DNA from: Propionibacterium ruminifibrarum
GTDB lineage: Bacteria; Actinomycetota; Actinomycetes; Propionibacteriales; Propionibacteriaceae
Length of the DNA stretch: 32,000 nucleotides
Assembly: GCF_900289195.1 (NCBI RefSeq)
Contig: NZ_OMOH01000001.1
Span: forward strand, 1 to 32,000
Direction: 5' to 3'
The translations under genes and the position numbers were made by a program. Position 1 is the stretch's first letter. Each line of letters begins with the position of its first letter. Positions 25,295 to 32,000 of the stretch are shown here, piece by piece. The notes under the pieces are model-generated. The model did not search any database. It saw only the letters and a program-made list of their open reading frames with translations, and was not told where the DNA came from.

Positions 25295-26287
25295 TCAGGA
25301 GGCGAGGCGGATGACCTCGCCGGTGCGGGCGGACGTCGTGGCCGCCTCGGCCAGCCGCAGGGCCTCGACGGCGTCAGCGATGCCGGTGGGAGGCGTGGTG
25401 CCGGCCTCGACGGCCTCGATGAAGGCGGACAGCTCCAGGCGGTAGGCGTCGGCGTAGCGTTCGAGGAAGAAGTCCAGGTAGGGCTCCTGGGCGTCGGTCA
25501 CCTCGGCGTTGGACAGCCGTACCGTCGTGCCGCGGATGTTCTCGGCGAACAGGGCGCCGTTCCTGCCCGATGCCTCCAGCCGCTGGTCGTATCCGGAGGC
25601 GCAGTGGCGGTTGTTGATGATCGTCGCCACGGCACCGGACGCCGCCTTGAGGGTGACGACGGCGGCGTCGAAGTCGCCGGTCTCCTTGATGGCCGGGTCG
25701 AGGTTCTGACCCACCGCGTGCAGCTCGACGATGTCGCCCAGGAAGAAGCGTGCGGTGTCGAAGTCGTGGATCGTCATGTCGCGGAAGATGCCGCCGGACA
25801 CCTTGATGTACTCGACCGGGGGCGCGGCCGGGTCACGGCTGATGATGGTCAGCTGCTCCAGCGCACCGATCCGGCCTTCTTGCACGGCGGCGCGAACCGC
25901 GGCGAACGAGGGGTCGAAGCGGCGGTTGAAACCGAACATGACGGGCGTGCTGATGGCGTCAAGATCGGTCTGTGCGGCCTCGACATCGGCCATGTCCAGG
26001 GCGATCGGCTTCTCGCACAGAACGGCCTTGCCGGCCTTCGCCGCCGCGACGAGGTGGGGGATGTGCAACGGGGTGGGGGAGCCGACGATGACCGCGTCGA
26101 CCTTCGGATCGGCGAAGGCCTCCTCGGCGTCCTTGGCCGCCCTGGCCCCGTAAGGTGCTGCGAGCTGCTCGGCGGCGTCGCCGACGGGATCGCAGACGAG
26201 GGCGAGTGAGGCCTTGGGGTGCCCCGCGATGGTGCGCGCATGGACATGACCGATGCGGCCGGCGCCGATGACGGCGATGTTGAGCAT
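25295..26287 (-). CDS. iolG: myo-Inositol 2-dehydrogenase (IolG-type Gfo/Idh/MocA)
   Basis: From MLNIAVIGAGRIGHVH (ATG 26287), 330 aa. CEKPIA motif and GGIFRDMTIHDFD block, typical of IolG. The ORF-track extension to 26740 is out-of-context Arg/Pro-rich sequence. Confidence 0.87.
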   Translation of the reverse strand: MLNIAVIGAGRIGHVHARTIAGHPKASLALVCDPVGDAAEQLAAPYGARAAKDAEEAFADPKVDAVIVGSPTPLHIPHLVAAAKAGKAVLCEKPIALDMADVEAAQTDLDAISTPVMFGFNRRFDPSFAAVRAAVQEGRIGALEQLTIISRDPAAPPVEYIKVSGGIFRDMTIHDFDTARFFLGDIVELHAVGQNLDPAIKETGDFDAAVVTLKAASGAVATIINNRHCASGYDQRLEASGRNGALFAENIRGTTVRLSNAEVTDAQEPYLDFFLERYADAYRLELSAFIEAVEAGTTPPTGIADAVEALRLAEAATTSARTGEVIRLAS

Positions 26288-27426
26288 GGTGTTCCTTGTC
26301 TGATCGGATGGACTGGGTGATTGGCTGCCGATGTCGATGACATCACAGTGGACGGCTGGGGCATGATGACGTCCCGCACGAGGGCATCCAGGTCGGCATC
26401 GGCCTGGAGGAAGCCACGCAGCGTACGGACGGTGGCGCCGAAGGTGTCGAACTCCTCCGGGGTCATGCCGTCGGGCTCGTAGGCGCGGACGAACTCGGGG
26501 ATGCTCTGGAGGGTCTTCATGATCTCGGGAGCGACCGGCACGTCGATGCGGCTGACGGCCTTGTAACCGGAGTTGTTGATGAGCTGCTGCCACTTGAACG
26601 GCGGGGAGACGACCAGGTCGCCGCCGACCAGTTCGGACCAGTGCATGACATTGCGGAAGGCGGCCGACAGCACGCGGGCACGCAGCCCGCGGGACTGGAA
26701 CTCCTGGTAGGCGCGCTTGAGCGCCGCCACGCCGGCCCACTCGAGGTGACCGGGGTCGATGAACAGGTCGTTCTTCTTGGCGACGATCTTGATCCAGTCG
26801 TCCAGACGCCCGCCCATGAGGGTGACGACCGGGCCCATCGTGGAGACGTCCTTGCCCTCTGCCTCACGGCGCTTGAGACCACGCTCGATGGCCTCGCCGG
26901 TGGCGACCGCCTGCGGAACGGAGAAGGAGACCGTCACGTTGACCGAGACGCCACGGTAGGTGGCGTCCTCGATCGCCTTGATGCCCACCGAGGTGGCGGG
27001 GATCTTGACGATGATGTTCTTGGCCAGCTTGGAGAACTCCTCGGCCTGGTCGGCCAGGGCCTTCGCATTGCGAGCCAGACGCGGGTCGGTCTGGATGGAG
27101 AGCCGACCGTTGCGTCCGTTCTGCTCGTCGAAGATGGGCTCGAGCAGCTTGGCGGCCTCGATGCTCAGCTCGCGCACGACCTGCCAGCCGATCTCGGACT
27201 CGGTGGCCTCGGGCATCTCCTCGGCCAGCTCGGCGATGCGGGGGAGCCATACGTCCTTGCGCTGGTTGATGCAGGTGAAGGCAATCGCCGGGTTGCAGGT
27301 TGCGCCCACGGCGCCGAAGGAGATCGACTGGCTCAGTTCATCGGGATCGGCCGAGTCGTTCCACAGAGCGGTCGGGGTGTTCCGCGACGCGTCGAGGAGG
27401 GGGCCTGGAGTGTATTCAATGGTCAT
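25849..27426 (-). CDS. Transaldolase-fold (class I aldolase) protein; the homologous part ends ~26345 but the ORF stays open to 25849
   Basis: NDSAD, GATCNP, GRLSIQTDPRL, IIVKIPAT (Schiff-base Lys), VNVTVSFS, GGRLDDW and AAFRN align block-for-block with E. coli TalB as I remember it. After ...ALVRDVIMPQP the frame continues as Pro/Ser/Arg-rich sequence across the iolG start. The coordinates given are the literal ORF. Confidence 0.7.
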   Translation of the reverse strand: MTIEYTPGPLLDASRNTPTALWNDSADPDELSQSISFGAVGATCNPAIAFTCINQRKDVWLPRIAELAEEMPEATESEIGWQVVRELSIEAAKLLEPIFDEQNGRNGRLSIQTDPRLARNAKALADQAEEFSKLAKNIIVKIPATSVGIKAIEDATYRGVSVNVTVSFSVPQAVATGEAIERGLKRREAEGKDVSTMGPVVTLMGGRLDDWIKIVAKKNDLFIDPGHLEWAGVAALKRAYQEFQSRGLRARVLSAAFRNVMHWSELVGGDLVVSPPFKWQQLINNSGYKAVSRIDVPVAPEIMKTLQSIPEFVRAYEPDGMTPEEFDTFGATVRTLRGFLQADADLDALVRDVIMPQPSTVMSSTSAANHPVHPIRQGTPCSTSPSSAPAASVMSMRAPSRGTPRPHSPSSAIPSATPPSSSQHLTGPGRPRTPRRPSPIRRSTRSSSAPPPRCTSPTSSRRRRPARPFCARSRSPWTWPMSRPHRPILTPSARPSCSVSTAASTPRSPRFAPPCKKAGSVRWSS

Positions 27427-27526
27427 GCGCTGCTTCTCCTATGCGGTTGGACCTCGCGCCCCGCCGTCGGTGCCGGGGTGCGTCTGACATTCATTGAAGC
27501 CCCTCCGGGGGTGGGATGTCAACTAA

Positions 27527-27536
27527 TGTCATGACA
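27527..27536. promoter_or_regulatory. Perfect palindrome TGTCATGACA (candidate GntR/IolR-type box), 101 nt upstream of the transaldolase-fold gene
   Basis: Read directly. Located in the relatively AT-rich 320-nt divergent promoter region. Confidence 0.5.
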
Positions 27537-27639
27537 AATGATCCGGCTGGAGCGTCGCTTCGGGCAAGGTGTGGAGCTTGCCCGGCTGGGTGGGTCGTAT
27601 AGTGAGTCATCGGCCGTGATGGTTCGTTGAGCCACGGTA

Positions 27640-27653
27640 TTGGCGCGTTCCAA
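27640..27653. promoter_or_regulatory. TTGGCGCGTTCCAA, a weak relative of the LacI-type AACGCGC core
   Basis: On the minus strand it reads TTGGAACGCGCCAA, sharing AACGCGC with the module A and B sites. 5 of 7 palindromic pairs. ~95 nt upstream of GTG 27747. Confidence 0.3.
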
Positions 27654-27685
27654 AAAAGTTCGTGGACGGGCCTTCCCAAATCCTG

Positions 27686-27699
27686 ATTGTCATGACAAT
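27686..27699. promoter_or_regulatory. Perfect 14-bp palindrome ATTGTCATGACAAT (candidate GntR/IolR-type operator), 47 nt upstream of the module C TIM-barrel gene
   Basis: Read directly. It contains the same TGTCATGACA core as 27527-27536. Confidence 0.55.
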
Positions 27700-27746
27700 A
27701 TGAGGGAAACATCGACACCGCCGTTGATTGAACAGGAGCAGCACCT

Positions 27747-28619
27747 GTGGTTGACATCGCCCTAGACCCGAACATGTACTACATGACCATGTCGGCGCCG
27801 GACACCCTGCGCAAGGCAGCTGAGCTCGGCTTCTCGTACGTGGAGCTCTCGCCCCGCTCGGACTTCCACTTCTGGCACCACTACCCGAAGGCCGACAGGG
27901 CCTACATCGACGAGTTGAACAAGACGCAGAAGGAGACCGGCGTCACCATCCGCACCCTCAACCCGGTCTTCAACTGGTCCGCCGTCGACGAGCAGGAACG
28001 GCAGGCCCAGGTGCGCAACTGGCGCCGGCTGCTGGAGATCGCCGACCAGCTGGACGTGCGCGACATCGTCTCGGAGTTCTCGGGTGACCGCAACCGGGCC
28101 CGCGAGTCCGAGCACCAGTGGTACCACTCCATCGAGGAACTCACGCCCGCCTTCGAGCGCTACGGGATCAACCTCATCATGGAGGCGCACCCCTACGACT
28201 TCGTCGAACTGCACGACCGTGCCCTGGAGATCGTTCGCGGCGTCGACAAGGACTGGATCGGTTACGAGTACTGCTGCCCGCACACCTTCCACCTGTCCGA
28301 CGGCGCCGGCGACGCCGCCCGGATGATCCGTTCCGCGGCTGCGGCGGGCAAGCTGCGCGAGGTGCACGTCTCCGACGCCTTCAACCATCGCGCCAATGAC
28401 GGCAACCGCTACATCGTGAACCCGCCGGGTGCCGATGTCACGGTCCACCAGCACAACGCCATCGGTCAGGGCGAGGTCCCTTGGGGCGAGGTCTTCCAGA
28501 CACTGCGCGAGGTCGGTTTCGACGGCATCATGTCCGTGTGCATCTTCGGCTGGCACGAGTACGCCGACGAGTACAACAAGGCTGCGCTGGAGCGCCTGAC
28601 CGCCGAACTCGGCGCCTGA
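27747..28619 (+). CDS. Sugar phosphate isomerase/epimerase-family TIM-barrel enzyme, module C (IolI/IolH-like)
   Basis: GTG 27747 preceded by AGGAG. 290 aa. YVELSPR..., NLIMEAHPYD, HTFH and EVHVSD are the typical strand-end ligand pattern of the xylose-isomerase-like fold. Confidence 0.82.
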   Translation: MVDIALDPNMYYMTMSAPDTLRKAAELGFSYVELSPRSDFHFWHHYPKADRAYIDELNKTQKETGVTIRTLNPVFNWSAVDEQERQAQVRNWRRLLEIADQLDVRDIVSEFSGDRNRARESEHQWYHSIEELTPAFERYGINLIMEAHPYDFVELHDRALEIVRGVDKDWIGYEYCCPHTFHLSDGAGDAARMIRSAAAAGKLREVHVSDAFNHRANDGNRYIVNPPGADVTVHQHNAIGQGEVPWGEVFQTLREVGFDGIMSVCIFGWHEYADEYNKAALERLTAELGA

Positions 28620-28753
28620 TTCCCGGATCGGTCGCCTTGTGCGCCGCGAAGGCGACCGATCCCTCTGCTTCCTTCCCATCGTTGGGAGGGGCAGCCCCTC
28701 TCGCGGCGCGTCCCCTAACCTGTCCATGACGACAGGCCCTTCAAGGAGAAAAC

Positions 28754-30370
28754 ATGTCCTCATCACCCGTCGCGGCGGCGGATTACAGCCGCGAGAAGCT
28801 CCAGGAGCTGGTCGACAAGACCCCTCCGTCGGGCAAGAAACGCTCGCTGGGGCTCATCGCGCTGGTGGCCACACTCGGCTCGCTGCTGTTCGGCTACGAC
28901 ACCGGCGTCATCTCCGGCGCCCTTCCCTACATGTACCTGCCCACCGATGCCGGCGGTCTCGCCCTGAAGACCTGGGAGGAGGGCCTGGTCGGCACCTTCC
29001 TGTGCATCGGTGCCGCGCTGGGCGCCTCGATCGGCGGCAAGCTCTCCGACAAGTACGGACGCCGGCACAACATCACCATGCTGGCGGTCGTCTTCCTCGT
29101 CGGTGCGCTGGGCTGCACCATCTCGCCGAACATCTGGATCCTGTACGCCTTCCGCATCATCCTCGGCTTCGCCGTCGGCGGCGCCTCCGCCACTGTTCCG
29201 GTCTTCCTCGGCGAGACGGCGCCGAAACGCATCCGCGGCACGCTGGTCGCCGTCGACCAGATGATGATCGTCTTCGGCCAGTTCCTCGCCTACGGGATGA
29301 ACGCCATCCTCGCCCAGGTGCACGGCGGCCCGGAGGCGACGATGGCGAACGACGTCGTCAACAGCGCCGGTGAGACCGTCGCCAGGGCCGGCCAGACCGT
29401 CTCCTGGGAGACCGTCCAGAACCTGGCCAATGTCGCGGTCACGTCCGGCAACGGCATGACCTGGCGCTACATGCTCGTACTGGCCTCCATCCCCGCCATC
29501 GCCCTGTGGATCGGCATCCGCCTCATGCCCGAATCCTCCCGCTGGTACGTGGCCAATCTGCGCATTCCGGAGGCCATCGGCTCCCTCAAGCGCGTGCGCA
29601 ACGAGGCCAAGGACGGCCCCATCGCCGACGAGGTCGACGAGATGCTCGAGATCCAGCGCAAGGAGGCCAACCAGGAGAAGTGGAAGCTGTCCCAGATCTG
29701 GAACACCAAGTGGACCCGGCGGCTGCTCATCATCGGCATCATTCTGGGTCTGGCAGACCAGATGACCGGCATCAACACGGCCATGTACTACACGCCGAAG
29801 GTGCTGTCGGCCGCCGGCCTGCCCATGAGCGATGCCATCTCGCTCAACGTCGTCTCCGGCGGTGTGTCCTTCATCGGCTCGGCCGTCGGCCTGTGGATGG
29901 TCACGAAGTTCGCCCGTCGGCACGTCGGCATCTACCAGGAGACCAGCATCGTCATCTCGCTGAGCCTGCTGGCCGCGGTGTTCTTCTTCCTCATCCAGCC
30001 CTTCCAGAACGAGGACGGCGACATCATCGGCGCCCCGACCTTCGCGCCCTTCCTCGTGCTCATCATCGTGAGCCTGTTCGTCTTCGCCAAGCAGTCGGGC
30101 ACGGTCACCTGGGTCCTTGTCGCCGAGATCTTCCCCAGCAAGATCCGCGGCACTGCCATGGGCCTGGCCGTCGGCGCGCTGTGGATCGCCAACGCCATCG
30201 TCTCGGCCGTCTTCCCGATCATGATGAAGGGCCTGGGCGGTGCCCTGACCTACCTCATCTTCGCCCTGGTCAACGTGCTCTCGCTCATCTTCTACATCAA
30301 GTTCGTCCCCGAGACGAAGTACGACTCCCTGGAGGAACTCGAGGAGCGCTTCGAGAAGGAGTACAGCTGA
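28754..30370 (+). CDS. iolT: MFS sugar-porter family transporter, second IolT-like paralogue
   Basis: 538 aa. GSLLFGYDTGVISGALPYM, GKLSDKYGRR, PVFLGETAPKRIRG, RLMPESSRW and PETKYDSLEELE. Close paralogue of 14248-15906. Confidence 0.85.
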   Translation: MSSSPVAAADYSREKLQELVDKTPPSGKKRSLGLIALVATLGSLLFGYDTGVISGALPYMYLPTDAGGLALKTWEEGLVGTFLCIGAALGASIGGKLSDKYGRRHNITMLAVVFLVGALGCTISPNIWILYAFRIILGFAVGGASATVPVFLGETAPKRIRGTLVAVDQMMIVFGQFLAYGMNAILAQVHGGPEATMANDVVNSAGETVARAGQTVSWETVQNLANVAVTSGNGMTWRYMLVLASIPAIALWIGIRLMPESSRWYVANLRIPEAIGSLKRVRNEAKDGPIADEVDEMLEIQRKEANQEKWKLSQIWNTKWTRRLLIIGIILGLADQMTGINTAMYYTPKVLSAAGLPMSDAISLNVVSGGVSFIGSAVGLWMVTKFARRHVGIYQETSIVISLSLLAAVFFFLIQPFQNEDGDIIGAPTFAPFLVLIIVSLFVFAKQSGTVTWVLVAEIFPSKIRGTAMGLAVGALWIANAIVSAVFPIMMKGLGGALTYLIFALVNVLSLIFYIKFVPETKYDSLEELEERFEKEYS

Positions 30371-30412
30371 CGGTACTGGCCTGACCCGGGTCTGACCGCC
30401 CGAGCGCAATCG

Positions 30413-30447
30413 GTTCGCCCCGTGTCCCCGAGGGACACGGGGCGAAC
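30413..30447 (+). terminator. 16-bp perfect stem hairpin 43 nt after the iolT-C stop
   Basis: GTTCGCCCCGTGTCCC-CGA-GGGACACGGGGCGAAC, pairs checked by hand. No U-tract. Confidence 0.55.
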
Positions 30448-30618
30448 TCGTCCCATCGCCGCCACGAGGTCGCTCGCGTGGGCCCGCTGGGCCCACCGCT
30501 GCCGGGACGGAACCGCCGCCGGTGACGCACACGTTGGGCGCGGTGGTCCCTCTTCCCGGCGCATCGGGGCGACGAATCGCTCGCAAGGCCGTCCGCGGGC
30601 GAGTTCTCGCCGACGGGC

Positions 30619-31598
30619 TCACGCCGCGCGTGGCGGTGAGGTCGAACCGCGGGCGACCAGGTGAGGCGTGAGGCAGTGCCTCTGGCGTCTCCTGTGGGTC
30701 ATCCTGCGCGATCTGCGCGAGAACACATCGACGGCGAGGACGTCCTGGTGTGCGGCGTTCTGGTTGACTGACGTGAGATCCCATCCGGGCGGCGATGACG
30801 GTGTCGTCGTGGCTGACGACCGAGACATCGCGGGGCACCGACAGCCCGTGCTGAGACAACGCGTTGAGGGCCCCATGGCCTGGACATCGTTGCGCAGAAG
30901 ATCGCGGTGGGCAGCCGTCCCTCATCGATGAGGCCAGCGGTCGCATCGGCGGCCCCATCGGCAGTGACAGGGGAGAACACCACACGGCCCCGCAAGCCGC
31001 GATTGGCCATGGGCAGACCGGAAACCTGCGGCGCGTTCCTCATAGGGAATGTCGGCGGGCAGGGCCAAGTGGACGATGTCACGGTGTACGAGCCCCGCAA
31101 GATGGTCGACGGCCGGCTCAGCCCCTCAGCGGGTCGTTGCAGTAGATGCTGGTGACCCCGTTCATCTCGATCTTCCGGGTGACTGCGACCACGGGCAGCG
31201 AGTTGACGGCGGCCCCGAGGGCCGTCGTCAACCCGGCATGACCCGCCAGGACGATCCCGTCGGGCCTCAGGGTGACAAGGTCACGCAGCCTGCGGTCCTC
31301 CCAGGCGATGTCGAAACCGCCCTGCATGACGATGACCCGGTGACCCTGTTCGCGCACAAGACCGGCAAGACTCTCGAAGACATCGATGAAGACCGGGTTG
31401 GCCAGCGATTGTGCCAGGAAACCGATGATGCAGTGCGAGCGATTGCCGGCCGATGAGGTGGCGATCTGGTTGCTGAGGTAACCGAACGAGGTCACCGCCT
31501 CGAGGATCTTCTGGCGCTTTCGGCCGCGACGTGTTCGAAACCGCCTGGTCAGCGAGACGGGCGGCCGTGACACGCCGTCGGTGCGTTCCCGTCAACAT
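30619..31598 (-). pseudogene. LacI-family regulator pseudogene (LacI-C), N-terminally truncated and multiply frameshifted
   Basis: LacI-like segments appear in successive minus-strand frames. 31573-31121: GVSRPPVSL...ILEAVTSFGY...IIGFLAQSLANPVF...PVVAVTR. 31122-30985: AEPAVDHLAGLVHRDIVHLA...ERAAGFRSA. 30986-30891: ADATAGLIDEGRLPTAIFCA. 30874-30779: GALNALSQHGLSVPRDVSVVSHDD. 30780-30619: DLTSVNQ...LVARGSTS. An in-frame TGA lies 6 codons before GVS. Confidence 0.75.
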
Positions 31599-31629
31599 CC
31601 GAGCGAGAGCAGCTGTCCGGCCGCGAGAA

Positions 31630-31672
31630 AAGGGTGGTGGCCCACGGCGTCGTGCCGTGGGCCACCACCCTT
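31630..31672 (-). terminator. Canonical intrinsic terminator of mmsA/iolA (19-bp stem + T-tract)
   Basis: AAGGGTGGTGGCCCACGGC-5 nt-GCCGTGGGCCACCACCCTT. On the minus strand it is followed by TTTTCTC. 58 nt downstream of stop 31730. Confidence 0.85.
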
Positions 31673-31729
31673 GGAGAGTCACTCACCCGGCCCTCAGGTG
31701 TGCTCATCGGGCCGGAAGCGACAGGGACG

Positions 31730-32000
31730 TCACTCCTCGCGCTGGAAGGACATCGTCGCCGCGTAGGTCTTCTCAGAAGGCCAGCGAGAGGTGATCGCCT
31801 TGGCGCGGGTGTAGAACTTGACGCCCTCGGGGCCATGGATGTGGGTGTCGCCGAGCAGCGACTCCTTCCAGCCGCCGAAGGAGTAGTAGGCGACCGGGGT
31901 CGGAATCGGCACGTTGACGCCGACCATGCCGGCCTCGGTGTCCAGCGTGAAGCGGCGGGCGACGCCACCGTCGTTCGTGAAGATCGCCGAACCGTTGCCG
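31730..32000 (-). CDS. mmsA: CoA-acylating methylmalonate-semialdehyde dehydrogenase (MmsA/IolA), 3' end only; continues beyond the window
   Basis: C-terminal GVNVPIPTPVAYYSFGGWKESLLGDTHIHGPEGVKFYTRAKAITSRWP is the characteristic MmsA/IolA tail. The reading frame stays open to the window edge. Confidence 0.85.
   Translation of the reverse strand, partial: GNGSAIFTNDGGVARRFTLDTEAGMVGVNVPIPTPVAYYSFGGWKESLLGDTHIHGPEGVKFYTRAKAITSRWPSEKTYAATMSFQREE

Noticed and set aside
19070-27426. TauE/SafE exporter plus transaldolase-fold enzyme as a sulfoquinovose sulfo-TAL pathway
   Set aside because: The two genes are 6 kb apart in different operons. No sulfoquinovosidase, SQ isomerase or sulfolactaldehyde dehydrogenase/reductase is present. 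The context of the transaldolase-fold gene is iolG/IolT.
28763-30618. Bulk of the 740-aa minus-strand ORF (28763-30985)
   Set aside because: Antisense shadow of the iolT-C gene. Only its first ~70 codons (30779-30985) carry real signal, and that signal is a fragment of the LacI pseudogene, not the start of a 740-aa protein.
1-32000. Search for CRISPR arrays, tRNA/rRNA genes, IS elements, integrases and toxin-antitoxin pairs
   Set aside because: No regularly spaced direct repeats, no tRNA-like T-arm/acceptor structures in any intergenic spacer, and no transposase or integrase motifs in any frame. The only foreign-looking segment is the single helicase-nuclease gene.

Overview
High-GC, actinobacterial-type chromosomal window. 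Most 60-nt lines I hand-counted are about 70-75% G+C. I saw no rRNA, tRNA, CRISPR array, transposase or integrase. Left third (1-13 kb) is mostly housekeeping: a yciO-like gene, a Pro-rich rhomboid-like membrane protein, a PIG-L/LmbE deacetylase, a PAC2-family gene, a three-gene ABC importer (PF04392-type binding protein), a histidine phosphatase and glnS. One visibly lower-GC single-gene insertion (3154-6288) interrupts this block. It encodes a 1044-aa PLD-nuclease / SF2-helicase / DUF3427 protein with the domain order of SauUSI-type (type IV, modification-dependent) restriction enzymes. On its promoter side sit a perfect 25-bp-stem hairpin and an 11-bp direct repeat. This is my best candidate for the interesting system. 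Right two-thirds (13-32 kb) is an inositol/cyclitol catabolic super-cluster built from three paralogous LacI-headed modules. Module A is LacI, Gfo/Idh/MocA dehydrogenase, IolT-like MFS and IolE. Module B is LacI, Gfo/Idh/MocA and a TIM-barrel enzyme. Module C is iolG plus a transaldolase-fold gene, divergent from a TIM-barrel enzyme and a second IolT-like MFS, followed by a multiply frameshifted LacI pseudogene and the 3' end of mmsA/iolA. A small membrane protein, a TauE/SafE exporter and a WYL(YafY)-regulator/alpha-beta-hydrolase pair are interspersed. Notable oddities: the transaldolase-fold ORF has no stop codon where one is expected and runs 439 nt into iolG. It also carries Gln at the position of the transaldolase catalytic Glu, as fructose-6-phosphate-aldolase-type enzymes do. 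Two operator-like motif families recur in the promoter regions: TAACGCGCGT, and a TGTCATGACA palindrome resembling GntR-type IolR boxes whose regulator is not in the window. Both IolT paralogues carry a ~50-aa insertion in the TM5-TM6 loop. All functional calls rest on by-eye motif recognition and remembered homologues. No searches or computations beyond manual counting were possible.
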